From the NCBI RefSeq assembly GCF_009834535.1, contig NC_045698.1:2730001-2794000 (forward strand): a DNA stretch of 64,000 nt, in the 5' to 3' direction. The stretch comes from Camelus ferus. Its lineage: Eukaryota. Positions 36,266-49,609 of this stretch are shown here, piece after piece. A program made the translations under genes and the position numbers. The notes beneath the pieces are model-generated. The model saw only the letters and a list, made by a program, of their open reading frames with translations. It searched no databases and had not been told where the DNA came from. The number at the start of each line of letters is the position of its first letter. Positions within the stretch are counted from its first letter, which is position 1.

Positions 36266-39200
36266 TTATGTTTGTTAATTTTTTTTAGATTTTTTTAAAT
36301 TAGTTTTTCAGTCTGCCTTATCAGCTTTCTGTTGTATACGACTGACAACATATTTTTGTGTGTATAAATACTAGTTAAAAACAAATTTTACAATAGACAC
36401 GTGTTACCAATGTCCCAGATACACTCCATGGCTTTTGGAATAACTTCACATGTTGAACACTTTAGCTAAATGATAGTATTACATAAAGGCAAACAATTAA
36501 ACAGGGAATTGCAAGCTTATTTTTGCCATTGTTGCCAGTATTTGCTTTAATATTTATCTTGAGTTCAGATTAGTTAAGCCTTACGTATCATTTTTTTATC
36601 CTAAGGAAATTATGTGTTCAAGATCTTAAGATAATCTCTTTATTTGGCACTTGGTTCATTGGTCCATCTGAAGACTGGACAACTGATATTCATTGACTGT
36701 GTCTAGTATGTGTCATTTTTTCTGAGCCTCACAGCATTATGGTACCACCCTCACCTAAAAAAAATGTGCAAATCTTTGGTCAGTAGATGAGGAGTACATG
36801 CCCTTTCTTTTGTCCTTTTTAATTCGATATTTTTTGTTGCATTTTGGAAGACTTCTGTTGATTACTGGATGTCTGACCTAAATTTCCCTGTGTTTAAAGT
36901 ATAAGGACATGACGTACATGTAATTGAGACCCTGTTTTGAACCATTAGATATCATTATTAAGTTTTTCTTCCTTATCAGGGAGGTAAAAGCTCTGAGTGG
37001 GGACTTGGGCACTTATTCTACCAATAGTTGACAAATATTGCAAGAATTTACAATAGTCACCTGTGCCAATCACCCACTCCCATGTCAATCTCAAAATTCT
37101 TTGGGACTCTCAAAATTTTCAGAAAATGATTCAAGCTTTATATTTAACTGCTTTATGGTTGTGACAGTATGGAAGCGGGGCATCATGAGAACACACTGCA
37201 CTGCTGTTCTTTTTATTCTTAAGGGGGTAGGATCCCTTCTACTGGTACAGGAAGTGGGTTTCATGTGCCTTTGGTTGTATGTCTGAAAATCCGTAAAGTG
37301 ACTGTCTCTCCCACGTGGGAGGTGAACACCTCTGCCATCAGGGCTGGAGTGAAGCCGGGGACCACGTCACCAGGCACCCTTCCCGTGTCGGAGAAGCTGA
37401 TGTCAAGCCTGGGGACTGGTTGGGCCGGGGTGTCACTCGTTTCAATCTTTCCCTGAACATCTTAAGGTCCCAAGTGGTGTGCCTGACCCAGGCTTCATTC
37501 TAGAGAGGTTTTTGAGGATTTCCATTTAAGGAAGGAGGGTAAAAATTCAGAGTGTGGTAGCATTTCCAGCATGGTTCATGATACAGTGGTGACATGATAT
37601 GGTGGCACACCTAAACCTAAAGTATTGATACTTTAAATGCTATCTTCCTGCTAATGTATAGCACTTATAAACAGATACGTGTGTTAACATATATAGTATT
37701 AGTTTATCTACCTACACGTGCACACCTGTGTCTACAGCTGAGCTATAGCTACGATCTTAGGTTTACCTTTGTTTGCTGCCAAAATGTCCACTTGTTCATG
37801 GGAACAAGTGGGAAAACAGGACTCGTGAAAAGGTTTCCATGTTTCCGAATCGGCAGGAAGAGCCCACCGTGGGCTGGCAGCTGCAGGGGCCTCACAGGCT
37901 GCGAGCGGCGCCTCCACACGCTGCACTGAGGCGAGGCAAGACACGAGCCGCAGTGAGTCCTTCAATTTCTCTCCTGTCGTGAGGACGTGGACAGCTTGGA
38001 CAACTAATAATCGTAAAGATAAGGGTCTACTTTCACATCTTCATTGTTTCTTTCACTCTGTGTGTTTCTGAGATGGGGGAAAAAGGAATAAAAAACAGAG
38101 CGACAAACCTTTGGTGAGGCTCAGACTGCGTGAAATGAATTTGATGCCCAATCTGATCCATGTTAAGGAAAGTAGATTTCATTTCATGTCTCCTGAAGTT
38201 ACCAGGCAGAAACACACTGCAGAGGGTCCCAGACGCCTGCAGGCAGTGAGGCGGGCAGACCCCTGTGTCCCTGCCTCTCCCTCAGGACCACACTCCTCCC
38301 TGGGCACCGGCTGTTGGGAGGCCGAGAGCACACATCACGAAGGGGAAGTCAGAGGAAGCTGGAGAGAGGGGGAAAGAGAAGAACGAAAGACCGAAAGCCA
38401 TTCTCCACATTGTTTGTTTGAACTTCCCCATCTCCGACCCGACTCCTGTTTATCCTGGGGAAGGCCCACAGCCAGAAGCGGGGCTGCCTGTCATAAACTG
38501 TGATTCTTCACCCTGCTAAAGAGAATTTTCATTATATTTTTCCGCCGCTGGGTTCTTGAGGGAAAACACCAGGCGTCTGGCGGCTGACCCGGCGCAGCAG
38601 ACTTCCTCGACTGTCAGTTTCAGTCTCGTCTTTCTTAAAACTGAAGTTTACCTCCAGCCTTTGCTTCCTGGTTTTCCTTTAATCAAAGGGGGAAGTTAAA
38701 CCTGTCAGGAGGGACGCAGGGGCTGCCTGTCTGAGACAGAGAGCAAGCAGGTCCCGGAGACGTGACATCTATGCTCCTACTGAAAATCATCCTTGTCCAG
38801 TAACCGTCAGATGGAGAAGCGGGCTTCCCGGACTCTTGGAGAGGAAGGGTGGGGTCAGGGGCCCAGAGAGGAAAGGGCAGAACGGCTTGAGCTGCTTCAT
38901 GTCCTAGAAGCAACGGACGGCCTGCACCCCCGTTGTCCGTTCAGAGAGGAAGACGGGTCGTCGAGTAAAGCAGGGCAAATGAGACGTCCTGACAGGTGCC
39001 CCTCCACACCGTCAGGGAGCTTTTTACTGCTGCGACGACATTCCTAATGTCACCAGATGCTGTGCGAAGACAACAGCGCTTACAGTCCAGTGGGCCCCTC
39101 CCCTTTCCCCAGAACACCCTGTGCAAACTCCCTCGCTTCGGAAGCTCAGATGTTTGCTGGACTCCTTAGAGGCCAGAGAAGAAGGCGAGGGGTGTCCTGG

Positions 39201-40127
39201 GGCGTCAGGGTGGCTGACGGCATTCTCCGCTCACAGACAAGGAGAGCAGCCCATGGTGAGCCGCTGCTCCATTCGAGACCAGAGTTACGGCGTCTGTAAG
39301 TGGATCTGGCTTGGAAATAACACATGAAAAGCTGCCACCTGCCTAGGCTGATTATTTGTCCCTCCTGAAAAAGCTACAGTATAAGGACGATTTGCATATC
39401 AGGACGCAGATGGCATGGCTTACTGTTCTCAAGAAGTCACCACACAAAGGGAGTTTCCCGGCAAGGAGCAGTGAGCATTCCCACCACTGGGTGTTTCAGA
39501 TGAAACAGAATACTTCGCCAGAATGGGGCCATCCTCTGTCCCCAGAAGTCCTTCTGAGGACTGGCCATCCGAGCCCTCACGGGAAACAGATCTGCCCCCT
39601 CGTGGTCCGGGACCCTCACAGACTATCCACCCCCCAACCAGTGCACCCGCCTGCCCACGCGCGGTCCCACCTTGGCACCTTGGCACCTTGTGCTTGGTCA
39701 ACGCGGGGCCCCTGAAGAGCAGTGGGAAGGTGAAACCAAGGCCAGTGGGGTCTAGGCTTTCAGACAGGCAGTCAAACGACTTCCTTTCAGACATGTTCGA
39801 ATAGCGAGGACATTGTGCCCTTTCCCAGAAGCACACCAAGGGAGGCGGCTCCCACATAAGTGATGAGGAAACAAGTGGGACCACACGCCCGGGTGCTGGC
39901 TGTTCCCGATTCTGGCTCTCAGGGTCTCTCTGGTTGCTCATTAGACAATCCTGACGTGGAAGACAATGTGGGCACAGGAATTCTTTGATGAAGATTCATT
40001 GGATTCTTTGCAACTGATTCAAAACACAGGCATAGTGATTCCAAACTAGCCTGACCACTGCTGGTAACGACTTGGGAAGATGAGTGAAGTGAAGGGAAAA
40101 GGTGCACATTTCCTTGTTGATTTGCAG

Positions 40128-40272
40128 AGCGTCTCAGTAAAGGTAACATTCACCGCATACCCGGTCCCAGGACCCATCGGGTATGGTGGCGCTGGCCCCG
40201 TCGTGTATGGTGACATTGGTCCAGTTTTGAAGAAAGAATTTTCTTTCAAGAAACAACAGCTCAACCTCACAG
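40128..40272 (+). other. Candidate internal exon, 145 nt; one frame open (SVSVKVTFTAYPVPGPIGYGGAGPVVYGDIGPVLKKEFSFKKQQLNLT)
   Basis: Acceptor TTTCCTTGTTGATTTGCAG| and donor CAG|GTGAGA. CpG-rich relative to its flanks; the other two frames contain stops. Product not recognised. Confidence 0.45.
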
Positions 40273-42672
40273 GTGAGAATTTCAATACATGTTTTTCTTC
40301 CTTTTCAAATCTGTCTGGGCCAGGAAAAACTATCTCTAATGAATATTTTAAGGTGTTGATTTTGAGTGATGACAGTGATGAGTTCAGGAGGGTTGAAGGT
40401 AAAAGAGAAAAAGAAACCATAATAATAAAAAATGAAGGGTAAGAAAGAGGAACTTGTTTTCTCCAGACACATACATAGATTCATATGGATAATTGAAAAT
40501 CACCATTAAAGTTGGTTTCATAGATGAGACACCAAGTGTATGCCAATTCCAGAGTGAAGCAGTATCAGAGTGGCAGGAATTAGTATTTCTAGTCTTCCTG
40601 TTATGATCCACTTTTGAAAACAAACAAACAAATAAACATACAACAAGCCAGAGGATAGGTCCCATTTCTCCTTTTAATTAAATCTGCATCAGGGAATCTC
40701 ATGAGTAAACACACCTCAGGTTATCAGCCGAAGCATCGCCAGGATTCTCACCACGGAGACCCGTGTCGTTTCTGAATTCTGATGTGTTCGAGCATAATTT
40801 TAAATTAGAAGTATTTTAATGCTGATGTAGACTCCAAAGGGCTCCAGCTTATCAATATTTTCTCAACTTTATTTTACAAATTATGGACTCTAGAAATCAC
40901 TTTAAGTTGCACGGGCAGTGAGTCTGAAAAAATAATCGAGGTGCAAGGATTTATTCTCAAAGAATAGTGGCTTTGAAAAGAGAACAGGCGCAGTTACAGA
41001 GGACAATGAAGATGCAGATTAAACAGATGCAAGCAACTGGGTCGGCGAGTGGGTAAGAACCAGCTCAGTCAGGCACTGGCCTGGACTCAGTCTTCCTTCC
41101 TTGGGTCCCCAGTTAGATACTCATCCAAGAAACGCCGACTTGAGCTTGTGCATTTGTGTTTACCTCCTCAGCAAGACTGCAAGGGCTTCCCATGGAAGGA
41201 GAGGGGCCCAGCTGCTGTGTGCTCTGCCTGGGGGTGAGAGCTTGCCCGCCCGGCCCTCCCGATGGGGAGGAGACCCCCGCCTGTGCCCTGCAGAACTGGG
41301 CGTCCTCCTGTGGGCGGGGCCAGGCGAGAAGACGCTCAGGAGGAGGGTGCAGCTGCCCACACTGGGTGAGCACAGGATGGTGCCGGCCCACTTCCCCCAA
41401 GCCTGAAGCCAGGAGCCATTGGTGAGCCCTGGGGGTCCCCCGCCCCCGGTCCTGAGTGGTCTGGGCGGTCACTGGCAGCTGAGGGAGCATGGCCGTGGCA
41501 ACGTGCTCCCCCTGCATGCAGCCACCAGGCCCGGCCCCCGCCTGCAGGGGAGGAAGGCTGTGGGAGAGGCTCCCGGGCCCCTGGGATCAGGGTCAGGGGC
41601 TTGCGAGCCTGTTGTTAAGCCGCGGGTAGCTTGAAACCGACCAGGGAGGCAGTGTCTTCACGGGAGAAGTACCTGCCCCGCAGCACTAATGAGTTCCTGA
41701 GCTTATTGCCGCATTTCCTCCAAATGCCCCGGGGTGAAATAATACTGCCATGTGCCCAGGACGCACACCCTTCCCTGTGAAGCTGTGGGCTCGGCTGTGG
41801 CTGAGCTTTGGAACTGGTGTCTGGACGCACAGGGAAGCCCCTGTTTAGAAGGAGCTGATGGGGCCGTGGGTAGGCTGCTTGACGGTTGGACCAGGGACCC
41901 GAGAGCTGACTGTGAGTTCTCACAGCAGCTGGTTGGGGGGTGACTTCGCACGTCCAGTGGACACAGCGGAGCCCCGCTGTCTAGAGCAGGAAGGCCAGGG
42001 GTCCTGCCTCTGCAGAAAGCCTGACGCGATACACTCGCCCAGTCTCAGGTTGGACCGAGTGGACCTTACGCAGAAGCTGCCTTGTCCAGCTCACCATTCA
42101 AGGCAAGAAAAACATGGACTGGGCAGGCAGGGCCTCCCGGCCACTCCATCTCCTTGGGCCTGGGACGGCAGAGGCACACCGGCTCAACCCTGTGCCTAGG
42201 GAGGGCGCGCCCGGACGTTCCTTCAGCAGAGTTTAGAGTTTTCTAAACTCCTCTGATCTTATCATTAGCAGTTCCTGGGTTTCCTGTGACAAGTCCCACC
42301 CCAGTTCGTGAGAAGACCCTGCCTCCTGAGGACTGAAGCTCATAAGGGGCGGGCTGGGGTCTTGAAAGTGGCAGATGACATAAATCATTGAGTTTGCTGC
42401 TTTCATGGAAGCTCAGGGCCTGCACCTCCTGCAAGGGCCTGAGAAGGAGCCGCCGTGACATCAAGGTCCTGAGTGGGCGCTGAGGTTCTCCTTCACCCAG
42501 GAAAGGAATGAGGCCCAAATGCCCCACGTGGAAGCTTGGATTCCGCCCCAGGTGTCCCCAGTCGGGTGGGGTGATGGGGACACCGCTGTGATCTTTGAAA
42601 CAGATGCCACACAGAGCAACACTGGCACAGGACGCAGTTCTCCTGGAGGCTGAGAAGGCCTGGGGGACTCAC

Positions 42673-42764
42673 CTGGTGCCACTCAGCTCCCCACCGGGAT
42701 GAGGCGCCCACGGCCCGCACCGACCTGACCCTAAGGGATGTCAGCCTCCAGAATCTCCACCCAG
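42673..42764 (-). other. Candidate internal exon, 92 nt
   Basis: On the minus strand: branch-point-like CTGAC, tract TCTCACCGCCCCCTCAG|, and donor CAG|GTGAGT. Confidence 0.3.
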
Positions 42765-45700
42765 CTGAGGGGGCGGTGAGAGTCAGGTTTTCAGAGGGAG
42801 CCCAATAAAGGCCAAAATTCAGAGGACAGATGGGGAGAAGTTAGGCACGGGCCCACCCATCCCTTCTGCCAGGACCCTCCACGCATTGCCCTCAGAGTCC
42901 TAAGCGCAGGGAGAACACTCAGTCCTGAGGTGGCCGCTCTGAGAGAGACTGGTGCACGGGGCACTCACGGGGGTGCTGAAGAGTGACTCCCAGAGTGCAC
43001 GTCAGCCTGGATGGGAGGGGCGTCCTCTGTCGTCCCCTGCGTCCCACACACGACACTCCCACGTGCGTGCATTTTCAGAGACTGTTTTTACCTGCATCAT
43101 CGATGCCTTCATGTCGGTTGTCCATCAGTCACATTTTGACGTCACCTTTTTCTTAAAAAAAATTTGAATTTTTAGATCACTTGTATCTGCTAGAAGGAAT
43201 TAAGTGAGATTCAAAATGTTTGGGAAGCACTATTTGGAGCAGGTGCGAACAGACACCTTTTTTGCCAGCTCTGCATTTATTCCATCAACGAACACGTTTA
43301 GTAAATTTCTTTCCAAATATCCCCAGTCAAGTTGGACTTCAAAAAATATGTATTTCAAGCCCAAATTTTTCCTTGCAATTGAGGAAGCTTGACATTCAAA
43401 AAACTTTTTGAAAGATATAAAAATGTTTTCATTAGGGCCACATGTGTTTATTTTCCCTCAATCATTCATTACCCTCAGAAATGACATGGCTCTATTAGGG
43501 CATAAGTCACCTCATTACAAAGCAATAAAGCTATTCAATTAAAAAGTGAGTATATGGGACGTCTGAATTGTAATTAACTACTCAGGTATCTGTCCGTATG
43601 CAGATCAGTAGCAAAGAAGTATTTGATTTTGGATTTTCAGCTGTACATTATTCCTAATTTTAAAGCACCCCATTTTGATTCTGCATCTGTCTTTTCATAA
43701 TACAATAGGTTGAGTCAACATTTAAGCTCCTTGTTTTTGTCTCTCTTTAATGCTAGGTCTAGAAGCCCACGCTGCCAGGGCCGTGGCAGCAGAGCGTTCC
43801 TGCGGCTGCTGACAGCTGCTGGTCCAGCCCCCAGGTCCCCACGGTGTGCACAAGGCCCACTTGCATGCAGGGCCTGGCCTGGCTGCGCCCTGCGGGGACT
43901 GCCACGCTCAAAGTGCCGACGCGGGGAGTCAGGGCTTGGCGGCCGAGCCGCACCCACGACGTGCTGGCTGAACACGCTGGTGCCTGTTCTTAGTACAGAG
44001 CCCAGCCCACCACTGATGGTTTCCTCATTTCTCATGATGTTTCTTGAGGCAGAGGGAGGTCCGGCCCCTTGTTCTTTGGCTTATTTGTTTTGCAGCGTTG
44101 CCAGCTGGGGAACACAGCACTACTGGCGTGGACACGGGGACAGAATGCACTGAGAGTCCCACTCCTACTCGTGGTGTGATTTTCAACTCTGGATTCCCAG
44201 TCCCCAGACACAGTCCAGGTAGCCTGACCTCTATTCAGCCGTTGCCAGCAGTCCTGGATCTCGGTCCTCTTTGATGCTCAGGACAATGATGTCCTTGGCG
44301 ACGGAGGACGTGCCATCCGGGTCCCAGCGGGTGAGCCATCCTGTCCAGGCTGACTTCCACCCAGTGCTGGGTCACCTGCTGTGGGATAACACTGGGGTCT
44401 CACAAGGTTTTCGCCTTCAACCTCCTTTCAGATTGGTACTTGGATAGAAAACCTGCTTAAAAGAACTGTTCTACTGCTAAAGCTGCACAATGAAAGCCTG
44501 TCTCTCCCTCACCCCCGGAGGCACATTTGTGATCTTATTATTTTATATTGAGAACAACTAAATTCACTCCCACATCAAAAAAAAAAAAAAAACAAACAAA
44601 CAAACAAAAAAGCAGGCAGTGCCCTCAGTAGCGCTCGGTGGGCACACGTCTCCCTGTTGTCTGTCAAGCCGGTTACCCATGTTGTTCCTACGCTAGGAAG
44701 CCTGCCACTTTGTAAAAATGGGAAAAGCCACTGCGCAGTCTTTAAAGGTGTCCGTTCGAAACCCAACGTGCTTCACGTTGTCATGGGCGAGGAGCATGAA
44801 ATCACATCATTTTCTGGCAGTTTTGCAGAAGAGTTGCGGAGATTATAAATATTCAGAATTCCTTCGGAGGCTCCACGAGATCTGCCTTCTGCCCCCCTTC
44901 CTCTGTGATTTGGTTTTCCGAGCGGCTCTGCGTGCACCCCGGCTCCCGGGGTCCAACCACAGGAAACGAGAGCTGCACATTTCAAACAGATTTCACAAAC
45001 AAACTGTTCTGACTTCATGTCAGGCAGGACGGTGCGAAATTTGGTTTTCTCCCCCAAATTTGGCTCCCAGCTGTGGTGTGTCAAGTCCAACAGGAACAAG
45101 TAATTATATTCAACCCGAAAATCAAGCTCCCAGCTGACAGTTTGTATTAGTAGTATCAGAAAGCAGGCCTGTTTGTCTTTTAAAAAGAGTCGCTACTTGG
45201 GAGCTTGGCATCCCAACCTTGCACAGTGGTGTCTTGCCCCCAGAGGAGGAGGTGGCTCACTGGACCCCAAGACCCTAAGGACCACCGTGGGGGGAGGGAA
45301 GGGAGCACAGCCTTGAACCTTACCCCCAGAAAGATGATGCAAAGGAAAGCAAAACGGACTTTAAGCACATCACACTAAATGAACCCTCTTTCATTTCTCT
45401 ATTGAAATAAACTCAAAGCCATTCCGTAACAGATAATTAGTGATCAATACAGGATCTAGGTTCTACAACTAGTCCCCAGATGATTCTCCTGCAGCTCACC
45501 CGTTTCAAAACTACAGGGCTTTCTCTCCTCCGTTGTCCTTTGAGGTGAATGGGGTGGCCTGTGATTCCATTCTGGTAAAGCTAAATCCATGTAACGTCAC
45601 ACTCCAGTATTTTAAATGCCAATGTGTCCGAACTAGACCAAAGCATGACTCTCAGGGTCAGTTTCCTCCTCGCCATGTTAAACTATCTGTAGGCATTTGA

Positions 45701-46479
45701 TTTCAAAATGAAAATCATAAAGTCCTATCACATTCTGACTCGACGGCTTTTTTAAAAAAAGGAGATATACTCGATCACTTATAAAATTTTAAAATGCTAA
45801 CTTAAAAACAACAACCTTGGGAGAATGTGATTATGCAAAATACACTGTTAACAAAATTTACACATAAATGAGAACATTTTTTCCCCATCATAGTTCTTAT
45901 TATAATGAAACCCTGGGAAGTAAATTATTTGCAGGAGAGAACAGTATAAAATGTATTAAGAGCTGTAAGATCTAAATTGAAATGTCACACATGGTTATTT
46001 ATATTAAAACCCAACAAAACCAAACAAAACAGGTGACGGGTCCTTCATGAGCCATCTGTTGACACCAGAAGATTCGTTTTACTCTTCGGGGCTGTTCTAG
46101 TTCCAGGACCTTCACTGGGGCTCCTCACCGGGCAGGACCAGCTGCCTCAACAGCTTCATCATTCTTGAAGTCCAGTGATTTCTTTTTATGCAGCAATTTT
46201 GGAGTTCGAACCACTGGGGCCAGTGTTTTTCACAATTTCAGCAGAGTTTCTAGACTATTTCACCTTGAAACTAGAGACCTGATACCCAAGAGCAGAGGAG
46301 GTACACGGAAGGCTATTGAAAGCTGAGTCTGCAGCATGAAGTCAGCTCCTGAGCTGAAATGACTCACTCATTCCAGCAGCGTTTCTCTGCCCTGGCTCTT
46401 CCCCCTACCCCCCTCCTGCCCTTTTTTCTGGTCCATCCACTTTGGGGCACTGACCACACCCCTGGGGCCACTACATCTG

Positions 46480-47130
46480 CCCCCAGACAATGGAGCCCCG
46501 GAGCATAAAGCGTGTCCCAGGACGGAGGGCCACCGCCCCCCCCTCCCCCCCGCCGGAGCTTTTCAAGTTGATGGGAAGTGGTGGCGCCTGAGCAGGACGT
46601 GGCTGGCTTGCTGGGTCCTGACAACGAGCCGTGTGCTGCGAGGTGCGTCGGGCAGCGGGGAGCCTTTGTGTGAGCCCCGCCGCCCTCCCGGGCCCCCCTC
46701 GCCGGGGCGGCCACAGCTGGGCAGCTGCATTGGGAAAAGTAACTGAGCAGAAAGGGGCCCCCAGCCCGGCCTCTGATTTCTCACATTTAATTACCTGTTT
46801 TCCCTTCCCTGCGGTCATGGAGAAAACGGAATTACATCACGCGCCATGTCGCTCCAGAGAAGCGCTGAATGTCTCTAATAGAGCCGCTGGTGGCGGGGAC
46901 AATAGGCGTGCCGCCTGTTTCACATGGGATATTAGTCCCTGCAGACAAGTGTAGGCATCTCTGCTCCAAGGCCCTTCAATGCCAAACAAGGGGGAGCGGG
47001 CTTCCGTCGTGTCACTCCAAGCACCTCACGGAGAGAAAAACTTTATTTAGTTGCCCTGGTCCGGCCAAGCCTCCCCCGGGGCCTGGGGGATGGGAGAACT
47101 TCGGGCGGCGTGGCCCGTTCAGCTGTAAAT
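46480..47130. promoter_or_regulatory. CpG-rich, repeat-free regulatory block
   Basis: High CpG density, GC boxes, TAATTA at 46788-46793 and SOX-type ACAATAG at 46899-46905. Confidence 0.5.
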
Positions 47131-47691
47131 ACAGATTTCCTGCAAATCTGAGATCCCCTTCCCCTGCCCAAGAACCGCCATATGTTACCTTAATCCCCTC
47201 AGATGCGTTTTCATCTTAGAGCTTTCTCAGCTGCCCACTTGCTTTTAAGCTAATTTGTGGCGTCCTGTAGAGCTCAAGGCTGGACCCGTCCTGCCCCACA
47301 CTAATGGAACCCGAAAGGACACAGCGACTCCCCCACGTTTAGACAGAAGAGGCTGCGCTGTAGCCGCCCCAGCAGGCACATGCGATCTGGTGCCCTGCGG
47401 TTTAGCTGGGCGGCTCGGTGACAGCTCGTCTCTCCGTGTGAATTACGTGGCGAGTCCGAGGGGCTCCTCTCAGCCCTCGCCTGGTGCTAAGACGGTTTCA
47501 GCGGCAAGCGTCAGCCCCTAGCGTGACTCTGTCTCAGAACCTCTCCTGCTGGAAAGATGCAGGCTGCCTTCAACTTCTAACAAGTAACAAGTTAAATGGA
47601 AGTAACTGAAGTCTTTTAGCACCTACTCATCTGCTCAAAGGATATTTTTTTTCCAAGAAGCAGGACATCATGGCTCTGACAGAGTGAGGAA

Positions 47692-47733
47692 ACACACACA
47701 CCCACCCACACACACACACACACACCAAACACA
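47692..47733. repeat. (CA)n microsatellite
   Basis: ACACACACACCCACCCACACACACACACACACACC, seen directly. Confidence 0.9.
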
Positions 47734-47839
47734 AAACGACAGGAACCAGGATTTGTATGTCTGTTTTACCATCAGAAATTGGGTATCAACAGGGACTTCC
47801 CTGGGTTTAATTTGATCCATTTCGAGGTATATGAGTCAA

Positions 47840-49560
47840 ACTCCTGCTCAAAGGCCCCCAGGAGACAGTGATGAGGAAGTATGTCTCCTGGCTTCAAGTC
47901 CGGTAGAAAAGGTAAAATATGTACAAGCTAATGTTCTACCAAAGGGGGAGGAAAGGCCAGGAGAGGGGCACACAGTGCATTATGGGGTCCTAAAGGCGGA
48001 AGGATCACCCTGGCCTAGAGACAAGAGAAGCTTCATGGAGGACGTGCAACCATATCTCTGCCTTCAAGGAGCAAAACTCCCATGGCTGAGAGTCCAGGAG
48101 AGCCATCTTTGGGAGAAGAGTGGATACGTGTGTGGGGGACAGTGCGTGGTTTACTGCACCGTGACAGAAAGGTGGATGGGCAGGGCACCGGGGAGTTGTG
48201 TGGCTGCAGGCCAGCCAGTCAGTCCTCTGTGTGTTGAGGAGTGTGCAGGTGACCATGGAGGGACCGCAGAGGAGTTTATGGAATGGGACAGAGATGTTCC
48301 TACCACTCAGTTTCAGGAATGGCATTTGGAAATACTGTTCCAGATGCACTAGGGTGGGTCGAACTTGACGATCATTATAAAAGTCCAAATAAGAGAGCCT
48401 GAGAAAGGAAGGTGGTAAGGGTTAGTGGGAAGACAGGTGCAGGTCAGACACAGAGCGCAGGCAGTGGCGGTAAGGCTTGGACCCAGAGCGGGTGTAGACT
48501 AGGGGGTGTGATCCAAGATGGCGCCTGCACCTGAGCTTCCTGCGATGAAGGTCAGGGTCAGGAGGAACTGGGAAAGTTAACCTGTCGAGTTGTGTCTGGG
48601 ATATTCTGAGTCTGTGACATAGGTTTGCCATTGGGGTACAGATCTCCAAGCATGTGGTTGAGAGAGTTTGAGTCATCACAGTAGAGGTTTTGAGGTTTCC
48701 AAGGGAGGACATTGACACGGGAGGGACTGCTGTGGGTGCTGAGGACACAGACCTCTCCAGTGCTTTCCTTGAGTTAAAGAAGTCATAGACAGCTAGTCAA
48801 AGAAGTGAAAATTGGGGCTGGCACAATGGAGAGCTCTCAGCCAGGCAAAACCTGGCGTGAGAGGACTGAAGTGAAGCCACGGGGCTTGTCACTAGAGGGT
48901 CCCCGCTAACCTTGCAAGGGAACCCCCGGCACTGGCCTTGTCCTTATACAGAAGTAAGGAGTGGATGGATACGGTGCCAATGAAGGTGGCACAGACCGAC
49001 GATTCCTCTAAGATGGTAGGTAGTGACAGAAGGAGGAAGGGTCTTTAAACACTGTCAGGAATGTCAGAGTACAGAAAAAGATTCTTTTAACTCCTTCTTT
49101 CCCTTAGGGATTACCGACAAAATGCTTCTTTATCCTCCGCGTACTCTGCCTAACCCTGGGAATGTAGCTGGAAACAAGACAGACCGGACCTCTTGCTTCC
49201 CGGGGCTTATGTTGTCTGGGAAGCAGATGAAAAGGGGGAACAGGTGGTGAAAGAGATAGAAACTGGAGAGTCACACTAGGCAGGTGTGGGCAAGGGTGAC
49301 ACCAGAGAAGAATGATGTTTGAGCTGAAAAAGATAATCTCGTGATGTCATCCTGAAGAAAAAACACAGGGCAGCAGGCTGAATAAGAAAGGCTGGCCAGG
49401 GGCCGAAGGGTGGTGAGTGGGGGTCCCTGCTGGGACCTGGGTTTGGAGACAGGTCATAAAGGCCTGCATGAGGACTCGAGATTTTACTCTCAGAGCAGCA
49501 GTGACCATCAGATGCTTTAGGAAGGGGAAAGGCATGTCTCATTTACATACGTAAAATAGC
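47840..49560 (-). mobile_element. Fragmented L2 remnants
   Basis: Purine-rich antisense L2-like blocks (AAGCTTCATGGAGGACGTG; GAGTTTGAGTCATCACAGTAGAGG; GATTTTACTCTCAGAGCAGCAGTGACCATCAGATGCTTTAGG). Discontinuous. Confidence 0.55.
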
Positions 49561-49609
49561 TCTCAGCTTGCACCACCGTCCTCTCTCCAGATGCCAGGCG
49601 TCGGCTTCT

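Noticed and set aside
39237..39295. Exon-like unit ending at GTAAGT just upstream of the 40128 exon
   Set aside because: Splicing its ATG frame to 40128 creates an immediate TAG stop, and the phase-0 frame contains a stop.
40046..40420. Minus ORF with GPGTGYAVNV, reminiscent of a histone deacetylase motif
   Set aside because: Only a short resemblance with no surrounding HDAC motifs; the splice signals point to the plus strand.
47831..48352. 173-aa ATG ORF
   Set aside because: Lies in decayed antisense L2-like sequence, with no homology or exon structure.
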